Assembly: GCF_964355755.1 (NCBI RefSeq)
Contig: NC_092677.1
Span: forward strand, 22,741,175-22,805,174
DNA: 64,000 bases
From: Antedon mediterranea
Lineage: Eukaryota > Animalia > Echinodermata
Reading direction: 5' to 3'
Position numbers and translations under genes: made by a program. Shown here piece after piece: positions 36,140 to 47,546 of this stretch (its first letter is position 1; each line of letters opens with the position of its first letter). The notes under the pieces are model-generated. The model did no database searches. It had not been told where the DNA came from and worked only from the letters and a program-made list of their open reading frames with translations.

Positions 36140-39100
36140 TCATAATTCAGGTATTTGTTGGTATGCTCGATTCACATAAGTGCGATTAATTGTCAACCTC
36201 AGGTTCAGCTTCTCTTCTATCATGTTTCCTTCCTTTTCCATCTTTTCCTTCGTCATGGTCCTAAGTAATGGAGGCAGTGGTATAGAATTAGGCACAACAT
36301 GAAAATCTTCTTCCTTTGGTGTATAAGCACAAAACTCCTCTTCTTCACTTTTCCTAATAACTTTCCATTCGGATTTAAACCATGAAGAAATCTTTACTTG
36401 TAGGCCATCTCTACTGTATCCTAATTTGGGTTAAAAAAAAAATTAAATATAGGAATAATCAAATGCTTTACATTTATAACTATGGTTTCAACTAGTCAGA
36501 ACAATTGGTTGGAGTAAAGGTAAAACGATGTATTGTAATATGGCTATGCTTACAATGATCTACCCTCGAAACATAAAAAAAAAACATCTGAAATGAGCAT
36601 AGCCTGTGAACAGACACAAGAAAGAAAGATACTGTACCTCTCCATGTTGGAATGCCCCACACCTCTCCACCATTTAATTCCTTTAATTTAAAGAAAACAA
36701 AATTAACTAGAATTCATGAATTATAAGTGATTTCTTTATAATTTTACTGACATGCATGTACGTTAAAATATGATCGCAAAGCATTGATTTACATGCCATA
36801 CAATGGTTTTAGGCATTCTACGCTCGCGCTAACCGCTCGCCAATTCGCCAATGGCGACTGGAGTCTCCATTTGGCGAAAATACATTTCCAAGCCTAGGCC
36901 TAGCCTGGTCGGCGTGACTTCTTATGGGAGCGAGAATTCGCCACACTTCGGTACTTTCTGACTAGACTCGAGTACACTTTTTACCACCACAGCATTTTAT
37001 GTGACGACGTCACGATCGCCGTGTTCATTTTTTTTAGTTCTGTTTAAACATGCGCAGAGCGTGCCTCGATGACGTTTTAATGACACACAGTTAATGTGAT
37101 TGGTTCGTGACCAGCCGTCGTCGACGTGATGATGAGCGAATAAAAGGGGAAGTCCCTATTCTTCGACGTAGAAAATGAACTTCGAGAAGAAAATGTAAAC
37201 AGAAACATGTGGACGAATACTTCCGTAAACGAGGCTGTTCTGTTATTTAAAAAGGGGAATTTTAAATTTAACAAATTAATTACCTCAATAGTATAATGTT
37301 AACATGTTTAATTTTATTTCCCTTTCGATTAATTATTCTAACCGAAAGTTGCGCTTTAAATTGAATAGCTAAGAAACAGCGTATACTGCAACGGCAACCC
37401 TGGCCAAAGCGCGTTTCGGCCGCCTACATAGAATGGGTTACGGCCGCTGCATAGCAAATTCAAAGCTTCTTAAATTTCTGCGGTACATTTCTTGTTTTAT
37501 ATAATAGATTGATAAATATTCCACTTATTAAATAATTTAATAAATCGGTAAAATTGACGTTTCGAAGCAAATATTCCATGATGAGAGGCGACATTTTTCG
37601 ACATGCCTCGTGTGCGGCGAAGACTAGTTCAGAAAATGGAACAGTCCACTGCGGGGGTTATCCAATCATTAATTAACGCGCTAATACATGCATACCATGC
37701 ACGGTAATTTAGTAATAAGCGGAGAACTGAATCCCCCGTAAGGAAAATGGTAAACACTGATATTTATGGTAGGGATTATTTTTTTCAGGGGTTGGTCTTG
37801 TTGGCCTCTTCGCACGAGGTCCACGCAAAGTCAAATAAAACGATGTGTTTTATCAAACAGAAATATAAATTAGCTTCAATTCAATACTAAATTAGCCAGA
37901 TTTTGATAATGAGAAAGACTCAAAAATTCAATTTTTATCGTTAAAATTGACATTTGAGGCGGATGTACATAATAATAATAACCGATTTACATATCAAAAC
38001 AAAGAGTATTTAAAGCCTGATAACATGCAACAAAAATTACTCCACCACCTATTATGGACCTCGTGCGACCGGGTGCGAAAATGGGTAGGTGTTTTCCAAA
38101 GTTATTTTTAGCGCGCGGATTTCGGCTCGCCGGCTTTTTTACCTCATTTTTAACTCGCGTTTTCTATTAAAATATTTAATAAACATAGATTATAAATATA
38201 TAAAATAATCCCTTAAACAAGGTCTTTCCAGGCATATAATTTTTATTCTCATGGGTACATAAGAAATAGTATATTTTTAACTTCAAAGACACGTCACTTT
38301 TTGAAATTTCACGAACGTGTTAAAATCGCGGTAACGAAAATCAGGTTCATTGGGATACCTAAGTAATAATAATATAAATGTAAAAGAAATAAAATTTTAA
38401 AAAAATACATGCATTATTTATTTAATAAAAATTTTTTCGAATTTTTAAGGTTTTTTAAATTTGGCTAAAGGATTTTCAATTTGGCTAATTTTTTACAAAA
38501 CCTTTCGCCATTTTGGCGAACGAAAATTTGACCTTAGCGCGAGCGTAGTGCTTATAGTGCTAAATTGTGTTTATTAATATTTTGTGTCATAGAATAATAC
38601 AGTGTAGTATAGGTGAAATTCAGGGACCCAAATATAATAATTTTTTGGTATGATGACGTTACCAGTATAAAAATACAACAAACAAACATGAATATGACAG
38701 TTTTGAAACACTTTGTACGTCAAATGTGTACATTAATTCATATCTACAACTCATTAGCTTTAGATAATAAGTTAAAAAACATTTGGGGGCACCTTTCATT
38801 CTGAAGAGTTAATTTCATTTTAAGGTTTTTTTTTCTACTATTTTTAACACTTTTGTGCAATTAATGTGCACATTTTGTCATTTTTAACGGGCTCGTAAAG
38901 CACTATTTTAGGTTGAAATGGATTCAAATTCGGTGAATGTACGTACTAAGGAAGGTGAGTAGAATGTATTGTAATGTGTATACAAAATTCTTTTTTTTTA
39001 CATTTTGCACATGTAAATAATATATTTTTGTGCAGTCATTTTTTGAAACCCACAAGTGGCCTAAATGAAATGCTCTAAATTTGTAATGCGTGGTTTCACT

Positions 39101-39991
39101 CACATGACCCTACTGTACATGAACATGTAAGTTGTATGTTTTTATTTTCTAATATTTTTACCCTTGACCTAAAGTTTATGTTTAGTGAATTTTATTGATA
39201 TGTGATGTTACGGAGATATGATCGATAATGTGATTTCACAAAATGGTGTATAAATCACGGATCATAATGTAGTAACCATTATATTAACCAAAATAATGGT
39301 ACATCTGCAAAAAAATTGCAATGAACCTTAATAAATTGGTAATATATGGTTACTATGAGTGATCACGCTAAAATATTTATAACGAATAAGTATCAATTAT
39401 TAAAAAGATATTGTGAAATGTTGGTAATCATTGCCATTATTGACATTGAACTTTTTTGAGATAACTGTTAGTTACACTCAGGGAGTTGTAAAATATTTCA
39501 ATTCAATTCAATTCAACTTAACATTTATTTCTTCCTTCAAGAAAATGAGGTAAACATAACAAATTGCACTAAAATATATAACAAGTCAATTGATGATAAA
39601 AAAAAAGTATACAGATATCAATAAATTAAAAGGAAGTAGGCAGTGCCCAAGAAGATACAAATCTTGTGGCGGGCCAGCCTATTTACAGACACAGGTAATA
39701 TTAATAATACGGAAAAAAATTTAAAAAAATAGGATTCAAAATACCGGACGCCACTTGTGAAAGCAGATAGCCTAGACGGCCCTTAAAAAACAAATTAACA
39801 GTACTTACAGGCCATCTTTCAGGGTTAAACGTAACACTGGTTATTCGAATATAGCTAGGCTCATTTGGATACTTGTGCACCCAAGTTGTTCGGGTAAATA
39901 CTCTGCCAATACCATAGTTAGGCAAAGAATTTAAAAGAACAAATAACCTGTCTCCCTTTGGTATATTTCTGGAAATAGATGCTACAGCCAT
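36140..39991 (-). CDS. MRPS34: Mitochondrial small-subunit ribosomal protein mS34, ~168 aa
   Basis: Exons 39991-39809, 36680-36638 and 36420-36140 (phases 0 and 1, GT-AG). Peptide RLFVLLNSLPNYGIGRVFTRTTWVHKYPNEPSYIRIT...GEVWGIPTWRG...EWKVIRKSEEEEF...IPLPPLLRTM matches the mS34 pattern. The start codon is less certain. Confidence 0.85.
36818..38548. mobile_element. Non-autonomous TIR element (~1.7 kb) in MRPS34 intron 1, unclassified
   Basis: 15-bp TIR CTACGCTCGCGCTAA / TTAGCGCGAGCGTAG with TCGCCA/TGGCGA subterminal repeats at both ends. An internal inverted pair TCGCACGAGGTCCA (~37810) / TGGACCTCGTGCGA (~38055) suggests a nested MITE. No TSD found. Confidence 0.6.
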
Positions 39992-40198
39992 TTAGAAATA
40001 TATTATTTTACTATATGCGTCGGAATTTGCAAAAAATACAAATTAGATTATTCAATATTTAAAATAGAATAACGTTGATTTCAGGACATACAATTCTACT
40101 GTGCGCAGCCATCTTGGATACACATTATGTTTTTATAGAGGGCAGTATACTAAACAATTGGACAGCAATTGGATATTGTGACCTCATATTTGTCAAAG

Positions 40199-41087
40199 CA
40201 AAGAATATAAATATCACAAGAATGAGTATTCCGCGATTTTCCCTGTAACAGTAATATTGTCCATGTGGTAGGGCGCCGCCATAAGTGTGGATGTATCTGG
40301 GATGTATACAACTTTTTGTGACGGTTTCACCAAAGATTATATAGCGCCGCTACGCGGCGCTAAATAATCTTTGGTTTCACTAATCAAAGGCTGGACCACC
40401 GGTAGTATTTTCATGATAAAAAATGTTATCAACTACATGCCAACATCATGTTAAATACTATTTGGATATTTAATTGTTTGTTTTATGCAATTTATTTAGT
40501 AAAAACTGCCGTATAAACAGTTTGCTTTATCAACCGGGCGCTACGATAGCGTGACCGGGCGTGTTGGTGTTTACGCGTTTTCACGTAGGATAGTTTAATA
40601 ATATTCCTATATTTAACTTGTTTCTGGTAAAACAAATAAATGTTAATGACATTTAACATTTTTTCCTATTAATAACATGTATCTTATACTAATTTATATC
40701 ATAAAAACAAAACTTAATTTACCGGGCGTAGAGTAGTACACGGGCAATGGTAAAGAATAGGCCGTGTTGAGTAACGATTCGTTGACTTTTGGTGTTGCTG
40801 TGTTAGGCCTTTTTTGTGAACTAATTTAGCATGTTAGTAAATAATTGTCTGTAAAAGTGAATGTACACTAGTTTGTTAATAAATATGTATTATAAAATAG
40901 TTTACAATTGCAAAACTATTATCATAATTCTATTTAATGTGACATGTATAATATCTATTAAATCAAGTCTTATTTAGTATGTATACATCCGCCCTTATGA
41001 GGGCGGGCATCACTCTCTGGAGCTCTCTGTTACAAATTTCTCTTGCAAAAATCGCGGAATACTCATTCTTGTGATATATATTCTTTG
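40199..41087. mobile_element. P-superfamily-like MITE, 889 bp, 7-bp TSD
   Basis: GTCAAAG|CAAAGAATATAAATATCACAAGAATGAGTATTCCGCGATTTT...AAAATCGCGGAATACTCATTCTTGTGATATATATTCTTTG|GTCAAAG. Confidence 0.85.
40331..40373. mobile_element. 43-bp TIR-only P-like remnant with 7-bp TSD, nested in the MITE above
   Basis: GTTTCAC|CAAAGATTATATAGCGCCGCTACGCGGCGCTAAATAATCTTTG|GTTTCAC. Termini match the element at 41665-42117. Confidence 0.85.
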
Positions 41088-41299
41088 GTCAAAGATACAC
41101 TATCTTTGATTATTGTGGTACCAAAGATGTACGTTGGTGGAAAGTATCCTTTCTTGGTTTGCGGTGGTGTTTTTTTCTTCGTCGAAGGTTTTAAAATTAT
41201 CCTTATAACAATTTAAAAAACGAAGGAAAAATAAGTGGGATCAGTGTTGTCAAAGTTTAAAACTTCAGGGGCGGATCCAGGATGTTGTGAAAATATTCT

Positions 41300-41620
41300 T
41301 GTAGAGACAGAGTCCACACCAACTCGGCTACCTATGGAATAGTCTACCAGAGGAAGCCGTTAACACCACCACAGTAAACGCCTTTAAAAATAAACTTGAT
41401 AAATTCATTGAAAGAAAATACAACAAATTTACTTTTATGGGATAAAGTGTATTGCAGAAGAATTTAAATCAAGGAAACGAATGAAAAAAAAAAAAAACAA
41501 AAAAAAAAACCATGCAGTGATGACTTGATGAAATTGGGAGGGCATGACATGTACCATACAGAAATGTATGGTCTACTTACGAGCCCGACAAGACAGGTGA
41601 TTACAGGTGATTACAGGTGA
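41300..41620 (+). mobile_element. 3' end of a CR1-like LINE
   Basis: Translates to WNSLPEEAVNTTTVNAFKNKLDKF (typical CR1 ORF2 C-terminus), followed by a UTR and an (ACAGGTGATT)x3 tandem tail. Confidence 0.75.
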
Positions 41621-41664
41621 CCATAGTTGGGGCTGAGGCGAGGCGATTTTGAAAATAATGACAC

Positions 41665-42117
41665 CAAAGATTGTATAGCGCCGCTACGCGGCGCAAGATA
41701 GGTAACTTGGGTGAGACCTTTGTAATCCATGGACGCCATTCCGGCGGACAAGTTTGAACCGGAATAAAGTCGTTGTCAAGGCAATATCCACGATGTTTCG
41801 GTTAAAGAATGAAGTTGTCTAACCAAACATATAAATGTAAATACACAGAATTAATCGTAAAGTGTCCAGATCCCAAAGAAACTTTTATTTTACTTTGTTT
41901 ACATAATTTCTTCCCTTTTCCATGTATCAATCATAAGGATGGTTAACCACAGATACTTCGAGGCGGACCGCAAAATTTAAACCATTTACATTTAAATCAC
42001 AATAATAACCTGTCCGCCCGAATGGCGTCCATGGATTTTCTGGGCGCGTAGTGTTATAAGATAGGAGCTTGGCAATAGTTACCTATCTTGCGCCGCGTAG
42101 CGGCGCTATATAATCTT
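41665..42117. mobile_element. P-superfamily-like MITE, 453 bp, 7-bp TSD
   Basis: ATGACAC|CAAAGATTGTATAGCGCCGCTACGCGGCGCAAGATAGGTAACT...AGTTACCTATCTTGCGCCGCGTAGCGGCGCTATATAATCTT|ATGACAC (right TIR lacks the terminal TG). Internal inverted CCATGGACGCCATTC motifs. Confidence 0.8.
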
Positions 42118-42175
42118 ATGACACCTCTCACGTTCACGAGACGTAACACAACGACGTACGTACCGCAACGTAAAA

Positions 42176-42361
42176 AGCGTGGTTCCTAGCGACGCAACAC
42201 GGACGTAACGCAACGCAAGTGAATTGACCAATCACAAGCCGAATCACAAGCGATGGCTTATTCGCTTGTGATTGCTAACTGTCTATAACTTCGCTTGCCA
42301 TTGGTTAAAACGCTTGCGTTGCGTTTGCGTCCTTGCGTTACGTTCTAGTGGGAACCAAGCT
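42176..42361. mobile_element. Harbinger-like MITE (copy 2, inverted relative to 33969-34128)
   Basis: Shares the internal sequence ATTGCTAACTGTCTATAACTTCGCTTG and the TIR CTAGTGGGAACCAAGCT. Confidence 0.85.
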
Positions 42362-43896
42362 TAAAGCTTCCATTAAGCGTGGTTCCCACTACGTTCTAGT
42401 GGGAACCAAACTTTGTTCGTCATTTAAAAAAAAGGTCCACTTGTTTATTCTATGGATGCTTTGTATGCTTATTCCTCATTAGAAACGGTACATAATTATA
42501 TTCATTCTAATGAATAACATCACAGTAATCACTTTGACCATATTGACGTTTTGGCCCCTGTACTGACCAAGCATCCCACTTTTTTTTCTGGCCAACAGCA
42601 ACAAAATTGATTTGTATTGATGATATACAAAAGCAAGAAAACGTTATTAACATAGTTTTCTGGAGAGTGCTTATAAATTATGTGGGGGTGTTTGCGCAAA
42701 ATGTGGAGGTATATTCAAAGCGTCATTCTGGCGATGGAGCATTCTCTACGGAGCGCCAGTTATGTTTGTTTGTTTCTTTATTTCAATTCACAAAAACATA
42801 AATATACATAAATAATCATTAAAAAACAAAAGAATGGAAAGAGGGAATCTCTGAAGCACAGCTTATAAGTAGAAACCCCCTGTAACAAAACAGTATAGTG
42901 TATATTTATATATAAATAGAAATATGAAAAAAAGGCACAAGGGCAAACAAAATGTAACTTTTAAGAATGCAAACAATCTTTTTTTTAATCTTAACAACAA
43001 AAAAAGATTTAATTGTAAAAATACCTGTTTTAATCAGAGTATTGCAAAAGTAATTTATTTTTGTATTTTATTTAAAAAGTTATAGGATTCTTATGTAACT
43101 TAAGAGTCTCATGTATTTCACGCTAAAGTTCAACACTGACTAAACTTAATGATTTTGTAGTGGTTTATTTAAATTGTGGGTAGAATTGGTGTTTTTGTCG
43201 AGTATATTTATCGTGGACAACTGAGCTGGGAGTAAATTATGAAAAGCTTTATGCCTTTATTTACTTCAGAAATAGAAATAGTAGGTCTACTTCAGTGGAT
43301 AAAATGTGGCACCGGTGGTGGAGCACAGTGATATAGAATAGATTGTCACTCATTTAAATATATTTTCGTATGTTAATACACTGTGCTCAAATGGACCTAA
43401 TTTGGCACAAGGGGAGCACAGTGACATAAAATAGAAATAAAGTCACTAAATTTGAACACAGTATCTCATTTGTATCTAATACACTAAGCTCAATAGACCC
43501 AATTTGGCACAAGGGGAGCACAGTGACATAAAATAGAAATAAAGTCACTAAATTTGAATACAGTATCTCATTCGTATCTAATACACAAAGCTCAATGGAC
43601 CCAATTTGGCACGAGCGGAGCACATGGATATAAAATAGAAATAAAATCACTAAAATGTTATATCTCATTTTAAACAGTTTGGTATGCCGTGCGTTGTTAT
43701 GAAAATGAGTTTGTGCAGGTGTATTATGGGAAAGATGGCATGTTAGTCATTCGCGGTCAACAACTGTTAATCTTTCCGGGGGGAACCCATCAGCTCTCGA
43801 AAAGAACTCCAGGTGGAAAAGAAGCTCACCCATGAGTACTGAAAATGAAGGAGCACATTGGCTTCTTTTCGAGTCTTTATGGCAGTCTATTTAATG

Positions 43897-44400
43897 AAAA
43901 ATAATGCCGTGCAGATTTTTTTCTGATTTTAAAAAAGGTCCACTTGTTTAGGCCTGACATTTGCAACCCTCAAAATATCTCACTTTTAAAAACTATTTAT
44001 TTTCAATTAAAAAAAAATAATAATAAAAAAAATAAAAATATCCGTAGAGGTTCGAACACAATGCTGAGAGCACTCAAACTTGAGAATTACCCGTTACGCC
44101 ACAAACCTGAAGATGACTGAATAGCTGATAATAGTCTATTTACATGAAATGAATGATCAATCGATAAAAATAATGCCATGCAACTTTGTTTCTGATTTTA
44201 AAAAAGGTCCACTTGTTTAGGCCTGACATTTACAACCCTAAAAATATCTTACTTTCATAAAAACAATATTTATTTTCAATTAAGAAAAAAATATCCCTAG
44301 AGGTTCGAACGCACTACTGAGAGCACTCAAACCTGAGCACTATCCGTTACGCCATAAATTAGTACACGACGGAACAGTTGATAATAGTCTACTTATACGT
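43897..44400 (-). repeat. Two ~250-270-bp direct repeats, each with a minus-strand Pol III A/B-box pair
   Basis: Shared AAAAAAGGTCCACTTGTTTAGGCCTGACATTT. Minus-strand TGGCGTAACGG (44101-44091; 44354-44344) and GTTCGAACC (44057-44049; 44310-44302) are followed by T runs. Confidence 0.65.
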
Positions 44401-44459
44401 GTATTACGTAATTCATCATTACGTCATAAATATCATATTAACCTTGTTAAAACCAAAAT

Positions 44460-44532
44460 GACCAGTTAGCCCAGGCGACTGAGCGTCGTGTTGACAACAC
44501 GTATGTCGTGGGCTCGATTCCCACGCTGGTCG
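44460..44532 (+). pseudogene. tRNA-like cloverleaf (anticodon GAC), probably a SINE head or pseudo-tRNA
   Basis: Acceptor GACCAGT/GCTGGTC, anticodon arm (T)CGTG-TTGACAA-CACG(T), T arm GTGGG-CTCGATT-CCCAC. The D loop lacks the canonical GG position, T54 is replaced by C, and no T-run terminator follows immediately. Confidence 0.6.
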
Positions 44533-47500
44533 GTGGAATAGAGTTAAAGGTATGCGACCAGCTGTGTTTGGGGTTCACCGAATTTACGTCCCCCTTTCCA
44601 CCACACATCTTGAGAAGGCACTAGCAATGCATCTGGTGATGATGTGGTGGAAACGACCCCAAGGCTGTGGCAGGGCCTTAGTGCTGAGGCAGGGAGAGCA
44701 CATTTTTTACTTCTTTTTGGCTTTCGCTACATGTATTTGATCTCGTAAATTTTATGTTTAGCGCCCTCAATTTTAATGTAAAAAAAGAAATTAATTATCT
44801 TCATTACATGTTTAGAAGAGTATGTTTGTCTCCAAATGAGTTTGTGTGCAGGTGTAGTGGGAAAGATGGTATTGTTAGTAATTCGCGATCAACACGCCAC
44901 ACTGTTGAATTTTGATTTTGTTAATCAATGTTGCTACATTGGTAGGTAGCGATGTCCGATTCATGCGAGATATTGTATTGAAATATGTTATAAATAAACG
45001 TTTATGTATGGTAGTTGGTGTGTATGGCCGCACCATCCTATAATAAACATATTTTAAACAGATAGTTTGTCTCCGATGATTTTTGTATGGGGTTAATGGA
45101 GAGTGAAATAAGATCAATTATAGAACATTTGCAAAGATGCCGATTTCCAGACCGATTTCGAAGCTTAGACTAATTCCGCCGCCGGGCTAGGCCTTATGCA
45201 TATACGAAGTCGAGTTTTTAAAGTAGAAAACTCCCCAATGTTGAAGTCGCATCTGGATAGTTGCAATTTTAACATTATCCTAATTATCATAGGTGATTAT
45301 GTATAGTAATAAGTGCAATTCTGGGCTCTATTTTCATTATTAGCTCTGCCCCAACTATGGTGGGCTAGTACTGGAGACTTAATATTTAATTTCATTAATT
45401 TCAATGATTCAATAGGTGCACTTTCAGGGGATACTAAATAAGTATTTATTTTAACGCAAGTTATTAAAATCACTGATATGGCTTGAAACTAATTTTTCTT
45501 TGCATTACGGATGGAGTAACCAGTATTGAATATTTTTATATACCAAGTTTGAATTGTTGAATTCCAGAAGTATTTTTTCTGGATGTTTTTGTATGTGACT
45601 ATTTCGCTGTGCTCCACCAATGGCGCCAGATTGGATTCACTGGAGCACAGTGTATTAACATGCGAAAATATATTGAAACTTTATTGGGTCCACTGGGGCA
45701 CAGTGTATTAACATACGAAAAAATATTAACATTCAGTGACTTAGTGCTCCCCTGGTGCCAAATTGTGTCCACTTGAGCACAGTGTTTTAACATACGAAAA
45801 GATATTACAATTTAGTGACTTTATTTCTATTTTATATCACTGTGCTCCACTGGGGCCAAATTGGGTTCATTTGAGCAGTGTAGGCCTATTAACATACGAA
45901 AAGCTATTAAAATATAGTGACTTTATTTCTATTTTTTATCACTGTTCCACTGGCGCCCAAATTTGGTCCACTTGAGCACAGTGTATTAACATACGAAACG
46001 ATATTAAAATTATTGACTTTAATATTTCTATTTTATATCACTGTGCTACCCTGGTGCTAAATTGGGTCCACTTGAGCAGTTACCGTAGCCTACTATTATT
46101 GCGATTATTGAATTTAATAAAGGCACCGTAATGGCGCTCTCCGTAGAGGAGTAGAATGCTCCTGTCGTCAGAATGACGCTCTGATAGTGATACCTCAAAT
46201 GTCAGAATGTTATGCCAACATTAAAGTGCGACCTCTATAGTTAGAATCTAGTATGCGGAAGTTCTTACAACAACATGTACAGCTAGAGCTAAATAAAAAA
46301 AAACCGAAGGTTTCGATTGTCGGTTTGATTCATTCCTACGAATCTTCGGAAGTTCACTCAAAGTTTTTACGTGAAAAAGTTGATCTTTGAATAATGGAAG
46401 CAAATATATGATATCGTATCCAAGAGGAATACTGACATAGGCTAGGAAGCTATCCCAACAAGGTATTATTAATTTGTTTCAATAAAAATGTGTTGACGTA
46501 CATTTAGGGCAACCGCACTCCACTGCTGCAGCATACTTGCTTGGCTAGGCTAGCTAGGGGTTAGCTACGGGTCTACTACTACTCTAGGTACTGAACTAAA
46601 CTTAAGCACATACTGGTCCCCTTTCCGGCCCTCAGTGTTGTTAGGCCTACGTGGATTTCAATGGTAGTCACAGTGACAATCTGAACAATTTGGCGTTTCT
46701 GTTTTCCTGGTTTATACTACTGTAGGCTTGTTAGTCCATCATGCTATGTTACAATACAATGTGTCCACTAAAAACCTCTTTTTACCATAATCTATGTGTA
46801 AATCTATGTGTAAACCTAGCCTAGCTAGGCTAAGTATGCAATTGATTATTGGACAAATGGTAAATGTGCACGGTCCTATATCTGTCACAGTGTGCAAAAG
46901 TGTTATTCAAAAATTCTACTGTAAAAAATAGATTCTTCATAATTTTACCTTAAATTTTATATCCCGCTTGACCCTTGTAGAATAAAGCTTTATCTGTCCA
47001 AATATGTTATGAGACATAAAATAAATCGATGCTAACACCACAAAAACCAAGTATGAACTTGCAATGGTTTGGAGTACCAAACAGGAACAACATTTCTGGA
47101 GATCGTCATTTTTAAAACGGCTCTTATTCTCTGAAAACATTTGAACTTTATTGTTAGGGATAACGATGTAAAATTAAAAGTTAATATTTTGCAAACAAAT
47201 TATACATTGCCTGTTAGTATTTTGTATCAATATTATAATAAAGAAGGAATTATGAAAATATGACTTGTAGTTTTCGAAATATAGGGTTTAAAACATCGCC
47301 GAAAATTATCGTTTTTAGCCACGAACGATGTAAACAAATTGCGCCCCCAGTCGACAGTTGTATGAACTAGTCATTTTTCGTAAAAATAATTATATAAAAT
47401 CACGATTTTAAGTAATATATTTTGTATATCAACATTGTAAAATTCAATCAAATATGATAGTACTTATTTATTATATAAAAAAGAGTTTATTTAACCTCAT

Positions 47501-47546
47501 TCGAAGAATTTCAATGCATTATTTTCCTGTGTAATTGGACAGGCCT

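Larger units (their letters stand above)
42706..46196. mobile_element. Large degenerate foldback/composite element (~3.5 kb)
   Basis: Termini GAGGTATATTCAAAGCGTCATTCTGGCGATGGAGCATTCT / AGAATGCTCCTGTCGTCAGAATGACGCTCTGATAGTGATACCTC. ~100-bp tandem units at 43290-43670 recur inverted at 45600-46080. Flanks are AAATGTG / AAATGTC. Confidence 0.7.

Noticed and set aside
39500-39700. Possible LINE 3' ends here and at ~42760-43110
   Set aside because: Only simple-repeat tails and a hairpin are visible, with no convincing peptide, so they are not listed as features.
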